Shown: in pieces, positions 41,612 through 55,088 of the stretch
Layout: every line of letters starts with the position of its first letter
Numbering within the stretch: the first letter of the stretch is position 1
From: Rickettsiales bacterium
Lineage (GTDB): Bacteria > Pseudomonadota > Alphaproteobacteria > Rickettsiales > SXRF01
Assembly (NCBI GenBank): GCA_041396965.1
Contig: JAWKXN010000001.1
Span: forward strand, 225,890 to 289,889
DNA: 64,000 nucleotides
Direction of reading: 5' to 3'
Made by a program: the position numbers and the translations under genes
Notes under the pieces: generated by a model
Database searches by the model: none
The model's input: the letters and a program-made list of their open reading frames with translations, nothing else
What the model was told of the DNA's origin: nothing

Positions 41612-42553
41612 GTGATTAAACAATCGGTTTCTTTTCAGACAACAATTGCGAATAAAGTATCATGCAGTGGTGTCGGTCTTCATAGCGGCAAGGATATAAC
41701 GATGACTATAAAGCCAGCGGTAGCTGATAGCGGTATAGTTTTCAAAAGGTTGGATGTTGAGGAAAAAAAATCATACGTTCCGGCGGTTTTTGACGCGGTA
41801 TGTGAGACTAATCTTGGAACAAAAATTCGTAATGAATATGGAGTGACTGTTGCTACCGTAGAGCATCTTATGGCCGCCCTTTGGGGGTTTGGTATTGATA
41901 ACGCTATTATTGAGATTGATGGTATAGAAGTGCCTATTATGGATGGTAGCTCGGATCCTTTCATGTTTATGCTTGAATGCGCTGGAATATCCTCTCTCAA
42001 AAAACCACGTAAAATTTTGCGTATTGTTAAAAATGTAGAAATTCGTGATGGCGGAAGTTTCGCTCATATCTCTCCTAATCAAGAGGGGGATTGCGGTATG
42101 TTACTCGACGTTGAGATTGATTTTGACAACTCAGCTATAGGTAAACAAAAAGCTGTTTATGATTTCCGTGATATAAATTTCAAACAAACCGTAAGCCGTG
42201 CTCGTACTTTTGGGTTTGAGCATGAGATAGAAGGTTTGCGTTCTATGGGGCTCGCTCTTGGTGGTTCACTTGATAACGCTATAGTTGTTGGTAAAGAAGG
42301 TGTGATAAACAGCGATGGTCTTCGCTATAGTGATGAGTTCGTAAGGCATAAGGCTCTTGATTGTGTAGGAGATCTATTTCTTGCCGGTTACCGTATTGAT
42401 GGAAAATTTGAGTTCATACGCCCAGGTCATTCAATAAATAACAAGCTGCTTCGCGCGCTATTTGCTGATGACACCGCTTACGTTATTGAGGATGAAGGCT
42501 CCATTTCTGATATGCTTCCAATTAATGGTGCGTTGGAAAATATATACGCCTAA
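41612..42553 (+). CDS. lpxC: UDP-3-O-acyl-GlcNAc deacetylase
   Basis: GVGLHSG, TVEHLMAAL, PIMDGSS, ARTFGF, HKALDCVGD and GHSINN. Confidence 0.97.
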   Translation: MIKQSVSFQTTIANKVSCSGVGLHSGKDITMTIKPAVADSGIVFKRLDVEEKKSYVPAVFDAVCETNLGTKIRNEYGVTVATVEHLMAALWGFGIDNAIIEIDGIEVPIMDGSSDPFMFMLECAGISSLKKPRKILRIVKNVEIRDGGSFAHISPNQEGDCGMLLDVEIDFDNSAIGKQKAVYDFRDINFKQTVSRARTFGFEHEIEGLRSMGLALGGSLDNAIVVGKEGVINSDGLRYSDEFVRHKALDCVGDLFLAGYRIDGKFEFIRPGHSINNKLLRALFADDTAYVIEDEGSISDMLPINGALENIYA

Positions 42554-42885
42554 TCAAGCAGAATCTATATTTGTTTGTATTTCTAGTATTTCCTACCAAA
42601 AATACTGTGGAGCATAGTTTAGGCTCGCTATATCTAATGACCTATGGTAACTTGTAGGAGGAATTACTCAAATTACTATTAGAGCCAGCTCCGGAAGAGT
42701 TGATTTTACAACGCTTAGCGAGCGAGATAATTTTATTTTTGTAGGGAAAAATAAAGGTAATTTACTATAATTCTCCATTTCTCCAGTTCCTCAATTCCCT
42801 CATCTCTTACTCCTATAAAATTAGCTTGTGCCGGAACTATTTTGCCTGATATAGTCGCCCCATTCACAACAGTATAAAATCGGCT

Positions 42886-43710
42886 ATGCTTAATAACAAA
42901 ACCATATTCTATATCTTATCATCTTTTATCGTTGTCTCTTGTTCAAATGGTGATGATGATTTGATAACTCATAAAAAAGTGGAATCCCCTGAATCTATAT
43001 ATAATCGGGCACGTGATAATATTGACGAGGGAAATTATAATTCCGCTATTACTGATTTTGAGGAAGTTGAACGCCAGCATCCATATTCTCCGCTTTCCAC
43101 AGACGCTCAAATTATGGCGGCTTACGCTAGTTATCGTATTGAGAAATATGATGAGGCAATAGCCATGCTTGAACGTTTTGTAAAGCTATATCCAAGTAGT
43201 GATTCCACTCCCTACGCTTATTATTTGATAGCCATATGTTATTACGACCAAATTTCAGATGTCGGACGTGATCAAATGATTACCCAGCAAGCTCTTCAGG
43301 CGCTAAACGAGGTGGCAAGACGTTTCCCTAATTCTGATTATGCTCGTGACGCTAAAATAAAGGCCGATCTTACCAGAGACCATCTTGCCGGCAAAGAAAT
43401 GGAAATAGGTCGCTATTACCTTAAGCAAGATGACACTATCGCTGCGATCAATCGTTTTCGCTATGTGGTTGATAATTATCAAACCACCAGTCATGTACCA
43501 GAAGCTTTACATCGCCTTGTAGAGTCTTACTTAACGCTTGGGGTTGTTGATGAGGCGAAACGCTACGCCGCTGTGCTTGGTTATAATTTCCCAAATAGCT
43601 CATGGTATCGTGATAGTTACCGTTTGATGGAAGAGTATGGTTCTGATACTAGTTCTGGATTGAAGAAGCCAGAGAAAGAATCATCATGGTGGGATAGTAT
43701 TATTCCGTAA
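42886..43710 (+). CDS. bamD: outer-membrane assembly lipoprotein BamD
   Basis: Lipobox VVSC, TPR repeats, HPYSP, RDQ and HLAGKEMEIGRYY. Confidence 0.95.
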   Translation: MLNNKTIFYILSSFIVVSCSNGDDDLITHKKVESPESIYNRARDNIDEGNYNSAITDFEEVERQHPYSPLSTDAQIMAAYASYRIEKYDEAIAMLERFVKLYPSSDSTPYAYYLIAICYYDQISDVGRDQMITQQALQALNEVARRFPNSDYARDAKIKADLTRDHLAGKEMEIGRYYLKQDDTIAAINRFRYVVDNYQTTSHVPEALHRLVESYLTLGVVDEAKRYAAVLGYNFPNSSWYRDSYRLMEEYGSDTSSGLKKPEKESSWWDSIIP

Positions 43711-43724
43711 CTGATGGTAACATT

Positions 43725-45410
43725 ATGCTGATAAGGCTTTCCATTCGTGATATAGTTTTAATTGAAAGCTGTGATATAGAGCTGAAGTCGGGCTTATGTG
43801 TGCTTTCCGGTGAGACGGGCGCTGGTAAATCTATATTACTTGATTCTCTTGGCTTGGTACTAGGGGCGCGTGCGGATATTTCACTTATCCGTAATCAAAA
43901 AGAGCAAGGTACGGTTAGCGCCGAATTTGATATTTCAGGAAATAATCGGGTGAAAGAAATACTAGCTGAGCTAGGGCTGGAAGAATCCGATAATATGATA
44001 ATAAGACGGATAATAAATTCTGACGGTAAAAGTAGAGCGTTACTTAATGACCAGCCGATAGCCCTTACTTCTTTGAAAAAAATTACGGAAAATATTATTG
44101 AGCTTAACGGGCAACATGATCAAAAAATCCTTATGGATAATTCTTTGCACAAGAAAATGCTGGATGATTATGGAAAACTCGCGGAGACCCAAAAGAGTGT
44201 GGCTGAAAAATATACGGCTTGGAGTAAAAGTAAAAAGGCGGTAAGCGATCTTAAAGAAGAGATAGAGCTTGCCACCCGTGAACAGGAATATTTACGGCAT
44301 ATGCGTAGTGAGTTAAAGCAGCTTAATCCGCAAATAGGTGAGGAGGAAAGCCTATCGGAAACTCGTGCTGAAATGATGAAAAGTGAAAAAATGTTTGGTG
44401 TGTTAGATGAGGCGATAGCTGAGCTTAATTCCGGTAGTGGTGTGCTTGCCGCTTTACGTAATGCCCAGCGCACTCTCAGTCGCTCACCGCTTACTAATGA
44501 CTTGGCGGAGTTCTCTGCTATAATAGAGGGATTAGAAAAAGCCGCGATTGAGGCGGAGGAGGCTTTATATTCTTTGGAAAAGATTGGTCAGGAATCACAG
44601 TTTGATCCAGTAAAGCTTGAGGAAACAGAAGAAAGATTATTCGCGCTGAAAGCGGCGGGACGTAAATATAATTTACCGCTTGATGAGCTTGCCACTCTTA
44701 AGGAGCAAGTAGAGGAAAAACTTGATATAATAGATTCACAGGAAGAAAAATTGCGTAAGCTTAACGCTCTTTCGACAAAGGCAAAAGAAGAGTTTTTAAG
44801 TGAGGCTTTTACGCTATCAGATAAACGTAGAAAAATTGCCACTAGCTTGGAGAAAGCCGTAGAAAAGGAATTAAAGCCACTAAAAATGGAATCCACTCGT
44901 TTCAGGGTTCTAATTGAGCGGACGGATGAACAAAGCTGGAATTCATCGGGCATTGATAATATCCAGTTTGAGTGCGCTACCAATGTACCAAAAGACGCTA
45001 CGGAAATTCACTATGCCTCACTTAACAAGATTGCCTCTGGCGGTGAGATTTCCCGCTTTATGCTTGCTCTTAAAGTAGTTCTTAGTGGAAATAATAACAC
45101 CCCAACCATTATTTTTGATGAGATAGATACCGGAACCGGCGGCGCTGTCGCTGATGCTATCGGCAAGCGGCTTGCTGCTCTTTCCGCTGACTCACAAATA
45201 TTGGTGGTAACTCACCTACCGCAAGTCGCTGTGCGTGGTAATCATCATTTATTTATCAGCAAACAGGAAAAGAATGGTAAAATCGTAACTGAGGTAAAAG
45301 AACTTTCCACTAAGGAAAGAGAAGAGGAGCTAGCCCGCATGCTTGCCGGAGCCATAATAACTAAAGAAGCCCGCACCGCTGCCCGCAAACTGTTGGAGCA
45401 AGCGGCGTAG
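43725..45410 (+). CDS. recN: DNA repair protein RecN
   Basis: GETGAGKS, IASGGEISRFML, IFDEIDTG and VTHLPQVA. Confidence 0.97.
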   Translation: MLIRLSIRDIVLIESCDIELKSGLCVLSGETGAGKSILLDSLGLVLGARADISLIRNQKEQGTVSAEFDISGNNRVKEILAELGLEESDNMIIRRIINSDGKSRALLNDQPIALTSLKKITENIIELNGQHDQKILMDNSLHKKMLDDYGKLAETQKSVAEKYTAWSKSKKAVSDLKEEIELATREQEYLRHMRSELKQLNPQIGEEESLSETRAEMMKSEKMFGVLDEAIAELNSGSGVLAALRNAQRTLSRSPLTNDLAEFSAIIEGLEKAAIEAEEALYSLEKIGQESQFDPVKLEETEERLFALKAAGRKYNLPLDELATLKEQVEEKLDIIDSQEEKLRKLNALSTKAKEEFLSEAFTLSDKRRKIATSLEKAVEKELKPLKMESTRFRVLIERTDEQSWNSSGIDNIQFECATNVPKDATEIHYASLNKIASGGEISRFMLALKVVLSGNNNTPTIIFDEIDTGTGGAVADAIGKRLAALSADSQILVVTHLPQVAVRGNHHLFISKQEKNGKIVTEVKELSTKEREEELARMLAGAIITKEARTAARKLLEQAA

Positions 45411-45541
45411 AGGTTTAATCTCTCTGATTTTTATTCATCTCCTCTTGCATTGTATTAAAAAGCGGTAGAAACTTGGATGAGCGAGGTGACGACTAACACC
45501 ATTGAGGTGCGCGGCCTGAGTGGCGCATGAACACAATAGCT

Positions 45542-45904
45542 TCAATTCAGCTTTTTTGTAAGCGTAGCTATTTCCTGCTTAGACATTTGTCCTAGTTCTT
45601 TCAGCCGGTTAGGCATGTCCATGCTATGGTGAAAAATACCAGCTATTACGAATATATTGCCTTCAATAATCTTATAAACTACATAATAATGCTGTATATG
45701 CTGTAGTTCAAAACCGGTGGAATCCTTCCAATTAAGATGTTTGTTCGCCTCATTGCGGTGATTAATCGCTATTTCGTTAAACCCTTTTTTCAGCAAGGCT
45801 GAATATTCAAGCATTTGCTTGCTGCCGTATTTTTTCTTCGTGTATCTAAGAATATTGCTAAAATGCTCAAGTGCGGTTGGTGTCAGAACGATATTACCAG
45901 CCAT
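45542..45904 (-). CDS. ParE/RelE family toxin
   Basis: LTPTALEHFSNILRYTKKKYG.KQ...HYYVVYK...IFHHSMD. Confidence 0.8.
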   Translation of the reverse strand: MAGNIVLTPTALEHFSNILRYTKKKYGSKQMLEYSALLKKGFNEIAINHRNEANKHLNWKDSTGFELQHIQHYYVVYKIIEGNIFVIAGIFHHSMDMPNRLKELGQMSKQEIATLTKKLN

Positions 45905-45907
45905 TAT

Positions 45908-46165
45908 CTAATTTTCTTCTGAGGAGACTCTTGCTTCCACCTCATCCAGCGCTGATATAGGTAGCAATATATTATTTGTAATTTCATCATCAGATTTTAG
46001 TAATTCTCTGAATATATACAATTTTGTAGCGTCTTTTTCCATATCCGAGCGGATTAGGGCACGCACATATTCACTGGGTGTAGAATAATCTCTACTACCA
46101 CCGGTACGCATATCAACATAAGCTCGCATCTCATCAGGCAAACTAACATGTAGGCTGCTGGTCAT
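45908..46165 (-). CDS. ParD/CopG-Arc-MetJ ribbon-helix-helix antitoxin
   Basis: LHVSLPDEMRAYV...YSTPSEYVRALIR; immediately upstream of the toxin. Confidence 0.85.
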   Translation of the reverse strand: MTSSLHVSLPDEMRAYVDMRTGGSRDYSTPSEYVRALIRSDMEKDATKLYIFRELLKSDDEITNNILLPISALDEVEARVSSEEN

Positions 46166-46292
46166 ATTTATAGTTCCTTTTTTACATTAAGTTGCTATCT
46201 TACAATGTCATAAATATCATAAAATGTCAATATATGACATTAATTGCGACAGTGAATTTTTATTATTAATATTAGTAAAAACAATATGTTAA

Positions 46293-49252
<2,960 letters not shown>

Positions 49253-49255
49253 ATT

Positions 49256-49699
49256 TTATCTGTACTTTTGTGTGGTCAATGATTCTGTAGCACTTCTGGT
49301 AATGGTTGCTAGTTTTCCCAAAGAGTTGGTTATGCTATTGATATGAAGTTGAGGATTGTCACCAATTTTATCCATATCCTCGTTTAAGATACCTGCCTCT
49401 AAAAGGATAGAACCTGATATTTTGCTTATTATTTCCTCAGCGTTCGGAGAATTGGATTTTTTTGCGGTTTTTATAAATTCATGTATGGCTAATTTTGTGC
49501 CTGCGATTTGCTTTTTTAGTATATCTATTGTCTCGGCCATATTGTCAGCGTTTTTTAGGTCATCACTATCAAGCAATCCAGCTAATTTTTCTAATATATT
49601 ATTAAAATTGTCATTGTTCTTAATGATTGATTCTACACGCTTATTTTGCTCTTTTCTACGTTCGGTAAGAGAGACAACGTTATCTGTTTTTTCTGCCAT
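49256..49699 (-). CDS. hypothetical alpha-helical protein
   Basis: 147-aa ORF between prmA and pepP; N-terminal NVVSL motif. Confidence 0.65.
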   Translation of the reverse strand: MAEKTDNVVSLTERRKEQNKRVESIIKNNDNFNNILEKLAGLLDSDDLKNADNMAETIDILKKQIAGTKLAIHEFIKTAKKSNSPNAEEIISKISGSILLEAGILNEDMDKIGDNPQLHINSITNSLGKLATITRSATESLTTQKYR

Positions 49700-49738
49700 T
49701 ATTATCTTCCAATTATTTTAGTACAGTTCCAAATTGTT

Positions 49739-50272
49739 TTATCGCCATATTGACGAGCCTAATCTGTTTATATTGTTGGCGGTCTCATTAAGCTTCTCCC
49801 ATAATCTGGATATTTCCTTTGATGTTATATCAATATTGGGTAGATAGCCTATTTCCAATTTACCGGTTGTTTCTTCTATTACTTTGATTGAGTCGCCCAC
49901 CAATCTTTTTATTTTATTAGCATTATTATTAGTTATATATTTAAAATTTTCTGACACTACAATTGAGAGTGAACTAGCTGTACCAGATAAGCAACCTATG
50001 GTTTTTCTTAACTTATTAGTGCTATCACAGTGTGTTTTGCCATATTTTTGACTAAACAGATTATCAAGCACCAATATTTTGTTTTTTAGCTTTTCTATTT
50101 CTTTGGTTAAAGGGTCTTGATTACTAACAATCATTGTCATATACGCTCTTAAATTCGTTACATGACTACTGCTAGTATATGGTTTAGCATGAATTTGAGT
50201 GTTGACCCGATTTCTAATCCTATCGGTAAAATTAACAGCTACAACATTGCTGGTAGGTTTTTCTTCACTCAT
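49739..50272 (-). CDS. hypothetical alpha-helical protein
   Basis: 177-aa ORF; N-terminal NVVAV motif. Confidence 0.65.
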   Translation of the reverse strand: MSEEKPTSNVVAVNFTDRIRNRVNTQIHAKPYTSSSHVTNLRAYMTMIVSNQDPLTKEIEKLKNKILVLDNLFSQKYGKTHCDSTNKLRKTIGCLSGTASSLSIVVSENFKYITNNNANKIKRLVGDSIKVIEETTGKLEIGYLPNIDITSKEISRLWEKLNETANNINRLGSSIWR

Positions 50273-50361
50273 GATAAGTAATTATGTCATTATTAATATA
50301 ATTAGATTAAAATATTATAATAATAATTAATTTTTATCAATAATAAGTTGGCGGTTGGTTT

Positions 50362-52098
50362 ATGTCTAATAAATTGTTATTAGTCAGAAAGTTATTAGAA
50401 AAATATGGTATAAACGCCTATTTGCAACCCGTGCATGATGAGTGGATGAGCGAATATCCACCGTTATGTAATAGGCGAGTGGAGTGGCTCACTGGTTTTA
50501 CGGGGTCAGCTGGTCTTGCGGTGGTCACAGACGATAAAGCAGTAATATTCGTTGATGGGCGTTACACTCTACAAGCGAAAGAGCAGGCGGGTGCGGATTA
50601 TGAAATACATAATATAGCTGATTACCCACCAGAAAAATGGCTTGCCGGTAATATCCCAGCTGGAAAAAAAATTGGTTATGATCCGAAATTATATACCAGA
50701 ACCATGCTGAAAAGATTTGAGAAATTATCATTAATTCCTGTTGAGAATCTGATTGATGCGCTCTGGGAAAATCGTCCGCCTCCACCAGCGACACCACTAT
50801 TTATCCATGAGACTAAATATAGTGGTGAGTCATCCACTTCCAAACGTAGCCGTGTAGTTTCTGAAATAAAAAAAGCAAACGCTGATTTATTATTTTTAAG
50901 TGCGCCAGAAAATGTGAATTGGCTGTTTAACATCAGAGCACGTGATGCTGAAAATACTCCGCTATGCCTCGCGTCAGCGATTCTTGATAAGAATGGTAAA
51001 GCATATATCTATCTTGACGAGGATAGAGTCAGTAATAAGGTTAGTGACCATCTGGGAAATGATACCGAAATAATTTCTCCTGAAAATATTAAAGAAAATC
51101 TTTCCGTATTTACTGGTAAAAAGATTCTGTGTGATAGCGGTACCACGCCACTTTTTATAGAGAATTTATGTGTTGATAGTGGTCTTAAGGTAATAAATTC
51201 TACAGATCCTTGCGAGCTACTTAAGGCGATTAAAAATCCGGTAGAATTAGCAGGAATGCGCGCTGCTCACATCCGTGATGGGCTAGCGGTCACCAAGCTG
51301 TTATATTGGTTAAGCAGGCAAAGTAAGGTAAGTGAACTTGACGTAGTGGGTAAGATTTTAGAATTACGTACTCAAAATGAATTATTCGTTGAGCCAAGTT
51401 TTGATACTATAGCCGGAAGTGGCGAGCATGGAGCGATAGTACACTATCGTGCTACAAAAGAAAGTAATCGCAATTTAGGTGATGGCGAGCTTTTTCTGCT
51501 GGATTCTGGGGGGCAGTACTATGATGGCACAACCGACATAACCAGAACAGTGATCATAGGAAACCCAACAGATGAGCATAAGAGAAATTTTACTTTAGTG
51601 CTCAAAGGTCATATCGCGCTTGCCTGTGCTATTTTTCCTGAGGGTACAACCGGAACGCAACTTGATGTTCTGGCACGGCAATATCTATGGCAGGCAGGGC
51701 TTGATTACGATCATGGAACTGGACATGGTGTTGGTTGCTTCTTAGGTGTTCATGAGGGACCGCAGCGAGTATCTAAGCGGGCAGGGGATGTGCTCCTTAA
51801 ATCCGGTATGATATTATCAAACGAACCGGGTTATTATAAAACTGGTGAGTACGGTATACGTATTGAGAATTTAGTTGCGGTAGTAGAAAAAATCACCGGT
51901 GATAATAATAAAAAATATTTGGGATTTGAGACGATTACTTGCACACCGATGGATGTTGCGCTTATAAATATTTCCATGCTTACATCTGAGGAAAAAATTT
52001 GGATAAATAATTACCATAATTGGGTAAGGGAAGAATTATCACCATATCTTGACGCTGATGAGACAGTATGGCTTATAAAAGCCTGTGCTTCTCTGTAA
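50362..52098 (+). CDS. Xaa-Pro aminopeptidase (M24 family)
   Basis: WLTGFTGSAG, DSGGQYYDGTTD, HGTGHGVG, VHEGP, SNEPGYY and GIRIEN. Confidence 0.95.
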   Translation: MSNKLLLVRKLLEKYGINAYLQPVHDEWMSEYPPLCNRRVEWLTGFTGSAGLAVVTDDKAVIFVDGRYTLQAKEQAGADYEIHNIADYPPEKWLAGNIPAGKKIGYDPKLYTRTMLKRFEKLSLIPVENLIDALWENRPPPPATPLFIHETKYSGESSTSKRSRVVSEIKKANADLLFLSAPENVNWLFNIRARDAENTPLCLASAILDKNGKAYIYLDEDRVSNKVSDHLGNDTEIISPENIKENLSVFTGKKILCDSGTTPLFIENLCVDSGLKVINSTDPCELLKAIKNPVELAGMRAAHIRDGLAVTKLLYWLSRQSKVSELDVVGKILELRTQNELFVEPSFDTIAGSGEHGAIVHYRATKESNRNLGDGELFLLDSGGQYYDGTTDITRTVIIGNPTDEHKRNFTLVLKGHIALACAIFPEGTTGTQLDVLARQYLWQAGLDYDHGTGHGVGCFLGVHEGPQRVSKRAGDVLLKSGMILSNEPGYYKTGEYGIRIENLVAVVEKITGDNNKKYLGFETITCTPMDVALINISMLTSEEKIWINNYHNWVREELSPYLDADETVWLIKACASL

Positions 52099-52244
52099 AT
52101 TATATCAGATTTTATGGTGGTTTTACTTAATTTTTCTGGTTGAGTAAAGTGACAAGGATGCGACCGCGTCCCGCCATCAATTTAAGTGGCACTACCGCTT
52201 CGCTATTTGAGCGCGGTGCGGCGTAAGTCATGTGGCTATTCTTA

Positions 52245-52901
52245 TCAATTAGTCGCTAAAGAACTTCTTTTAAGAAAAATCTTTCCTAAGAACATACCAG
52301 CCACAGTTACAATAAATACAGGAATGAAGTGCCAAATCATAAGCACCATAGGATCATCGTGTATATCTATGAGGCGCAGCATTATATAGCTAAAGCTAGC
52401 GATTGAAAGCGCTGCCATGCTCCCCGCCCAGCAACAAAGAGTTGGCGCGGCTTTGCGTATTGCCGCAAATATAAATACTCCCATTATGGAGCTGAAAATT
52501 AGTATGCTTGCCATGCATTCATATTCTTTCTTTTTTAGGCAGTCCATCATACTCATAGAATTTTCATGCGTAACTCCTTTAATTAAAAAAAATGCTATTA
52601 TCAGCGTAGGAATTAATGGGATAAACCTTACCCATCCTTTTTGTCCACTATCAGGTAGTGCAAGAAAACTAGCGGCTATCATCGCACTAGTCGCGGCGAT
52701 AAACATTACTGATACATCGAAGATATAGTCACTTTCCCTTATTTTTATGGCAATATCAGAACGCAGTCCAAAAAATACAGTAATAAATGCAAAATATGTA
52801 ATAGTAACAAATATCCATTTGCTTGCCATGATAATGGGATCTGGCAATGGTGGTTCCAGCTTCTCTACAGATAATTTATCTATTAAACTATCCGTATCCA
52901 T
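52245..52901 (-). CDS. nrsF: NrsF (DUF1109) membrane anti-sigma factor
   Basis: Six-TM Cys-containing protein, translationally coupled to the ECF sigma gene. Confidence 0.75.
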   Translation of the reverse strand: MDTDSLIDKLSVEKLEPPLPDPIIMASKWIFVTITYFAFITVFFGLRSDIAIKIRESDYIFDVSVMFIAATSAMIAASFLALPDSGQKGWVRFIPLIPTLIIAFFLIKGVTHENSMSMMDCLKKKEYECMASILIFSSIMGVFIFAAIRKAAPTLCCWAGSMAALSIASFSYIMLRLIDIHDDPMVLMIWHFIPVFIVTVAGMFLGKIFLKRSSLATN

Positions 52902-53458
52902 TATAATTCTCCTTTCTTATTTTTTTCTATCAATATATTATACGCTCTATGTGCCGATACCTTAACCGCTGAAACGCTCATATCCATTTCCGCCGCTACT
53001 TCCTTCGCCGAATATCCTTCAATTTTCATCATGCTTACTATCTTTTGCTGCTTTTCTGGTAATATTGATAAAGCGTCATTTAGTAGTTCGCTTGATTCTT
53101 GGGATTTGGTTACATTATCAGCGAGACTATGTTCAATCTCATTAAAATCTATTTTAATGAGAGCAGATTTCCTATAGTAGGCTCTTAAATAATCTTTTAC
53201 CTTATAGTCGGCTATAGCGAACATCCATGCTTTGAAACTTCTGTCAGTATTATAGGTATGGCTTGATTTATGTATAGCCAGCAGAATTTCTTGTAATATT
53301 TCTTCGTTATCTACCCCGTTTCCAATCTTATTATATAAGAAGCCCTTAATAATTGGGGTAATGCTTCTAAGGAGCTTGTTGTAAGCTTTACTATCACCAG
53401 ATTGAGCCTTTTTCATCAGCTCTTCCAATGATTGAGTATTTGATTGTTTTTCAGTCAT
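52901..53458 (-). CDS. ECF sigma factor (SigF/ECF16-like)
   Basis: MKKAQSGDSKAYNKLL, QEILLAIH...Y...RSFKAWMFAIADYK and VKVSAHRAY; paired with nrsF. Confidence 0.88.
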   Translation of the reverse strand: MTEKQSNTQSLEELMKKAQSGDSKAYNKLLRSITPIIKGFLYNKIGNGVDNEEILQEILLAIHKSSHTYNTDRSFKAWMFAIADYKVKDYLRAYYRKSALIKIDFNEIEHSLADNVTKSQESSELLNDALSILPEKQQKIVSMMKIEGYSAKEVAAEMDMSVSAVKVSAHRAYNILIEKNKKGEL

Positions 53459-53840
53459 TTATATATTTTTTGTATATATTTACACACAGAATTGTTATAT
53501 AATAACCGTACTAACACAGCCATTTTATTTGCTTTTTATATAAACTTTGTTAGTGTACCGACCGCTTGTAGATTGTCTATTGTTTTTATTAGGAGGGTTT
53601 TGTGCTATTATGGATACTAATAGGAGCTTTGTTGCTAATCCTAGTTTATATAAAAGGGATAAGGTAAGCTTTGTCTAGTTAATGGTGCAAGTTACAGCTC
53701 AGCAGTTTCCTTAGAATAGCTCGGTTGCCATATTGCGATGACCGTTAGCTCTACATTTTAGTGTCGCTTTCCCCTACTTGATGCAGTTGCCTTACGACCA
53801 GAATTAACTTATTAATAAAGTTTGCTGTATTTAATGACAT

Positions 53841-54437
53841 ATGTATAATGCTGTCATGGGACGCAAACTTACATTCTGTAAAAATAAAGCTTTGGAAGAG
53901 ACAATGTTCCTTTTTTGGGAGAGGGGATATGAGTCTACCTCTGTGCGCGATATAGCTAGCAGACTTAACATCCCTATAGCCTCAGTATATCATAGTTTCG
54001 GTGATAAAGATTCTATTTTTGCCTCAACCATTGATGTTTATTTCAACAAATATATGGTTCCACTCTTTTCTGATTTAAGTAATTATGAAGATGCTAAGCA
54101 GGCAATCATAGATCTTTTTGAGATCATTATAAAAAACTCTAGTAATAGCACACCATCTGGCTGTTACTTGGTGCAAACAGCATCCGATATAATGTCACGT
54201 AATCCTGATATAAAATCAAAGTTAGATGATTATTTTAATTATATAAAATCATCTCTTTACGATTTAATCAAAAAAGCGAAGAACGATAAGCAAATCATAA
54301 CACAAGAAACTAACAGTAATCTGTCTAACTATCTATTTATTCTTATGTTATCAATTAAGAGCTGTTCACGCGTAGGAGCCGACAATAGACAGATCCGTCA
54401 ATATATAAAAACAGCCCTGCAGCCCGTATTTTCTTGA
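53841..54437 (+). CDS. TetR/AcrR family transcriptional regulator
   Basis: LFWERGYESTSVRDI...SVYHSFGDKDSIF...GCYLV. Confidence 0.9.
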   Translation: MYNAVMGRKLTFCKNKALEETMFLFWERGYESTSVRDIASRLNIPIASVYHSFGDKDSIFASTIDVYFNKYMVPLFSDLSNYEDAKQAIIDLFEIIIKNSSNSTPSGCYLVQTASDIMSRNPDIKSKLDDYFNYIKSSLYDLIKKAKNDKQIITQETNSNLSNYLFILMLSIKSCSRVGADNRQIRQYIKTALQPVFS

Positions 54438-54878
54438 CTATAATTTAGCCAGATTACCGAATTTTCTCTTGATAAAATAATCCGCTGATATTCTACCAGA
54501 GCCAAAACACAATATCGTACCAAGCAAGAACGACCAGTAATAATGCTGTTCATGTTGCAAATAGGTAATTTGGATAACTGCTGTTATCACTAAAAGAGGG
54601 AGGGTGGCAAAGCGTGAGCCAAGACCAACTGTAAGTAATATCGGGCATAATAGCTCAAATGTAGTGCCAGAAAGAGCCGCGAACTCAGAGTTTACATAAG
54701 GAACCGGATGCTCATCAGTAAATAGCATGACGGTTGTTTCCCAGTCATTAAACTTTAATATTCCAGATTTCCAGAAAATATTCGCTATCCATAGTCTCAT
54801 CCCAAGTAATAGAAAATCTTGTAGGAAAGAAGTTGTCTTAAAAAAGATAGAAAATAGCCTAATAATTTGTTTTTTCAT
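54438..54878 (-). CDS. DoxX family membrane protein (BufD-like)
   Basis: IFWKSGILKF, LFTDEHPVP, FELLCPILL.VGLGSRFA and GSGRISADY. Confidence 0.88.
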   Translation of the reverse strand: MKKQIIRLFSIFFKTTSFLQDFLLLGMRLWIANIFWKSGILKFNDWETTVMLFTDEHPVPYVNSEFAALSGTTFELLCPILLTVGLGSRFATLPLLVITAVIQITYLQHEQHYYWSFLLGTILCFGSGRISADYFIKRKFGNLAKL

Positions 54879-54913
54879 AGTTTATTCCTTTAGCGTAGTC
54901 ATCAGTATAGCTA

Positions 54914-54939
54914 TTCGCTATATAATCAAAAAAGGTTAC
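54914..54939 (-). promoter_or_regulatory. perfect SigF-type promoter GTAACC-N16-CGAA for doxX
   Basis: The plus strand reads TTCG ctatataatcaaaaaa GGTTAC; it ends 35 nt before the doxX ATG. Confidence 0.8.
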
Positions 54940-55016
54940 CTAAAGCATAATTTCATATTATACGTAAAACCAAATCATTAGCTTATTTAGTTATACGCAA
55001 TACATAGAAATTTAAT

Positions 55017-55041
55017 GTAACCTTTTATCAGGGTTTACGAA
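55017..55041 (+). promoter_or_regulatory. SigF-type promoter GTAACC-N15-CGAA for ovoA
   Basis: gtaacc ttttatcagggttta cgaa, about 47-68 nt before the ovoA start candidates. Confidence 0.65.
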
Positions 55042-55088
55042 TATAAAATAATAGTATAAATGTTCTATTTATATATTTTTCTTAAATA

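Noticed and set aside
53670-53695. Autoregulatory SigF promoter GTAACT-N16-CAAA upstream of the ECF sigma gene (minus)
   Set aside because: The -10 element is mismatched (CAAA) and the site is over 200 nt from the start; too weak to call.
53520-53840. Possible ncRNA in the long intergenic region between the ECF sigma gene and tetR
   Set aside because: No recognisable family motif or convincing extended fold by eye.
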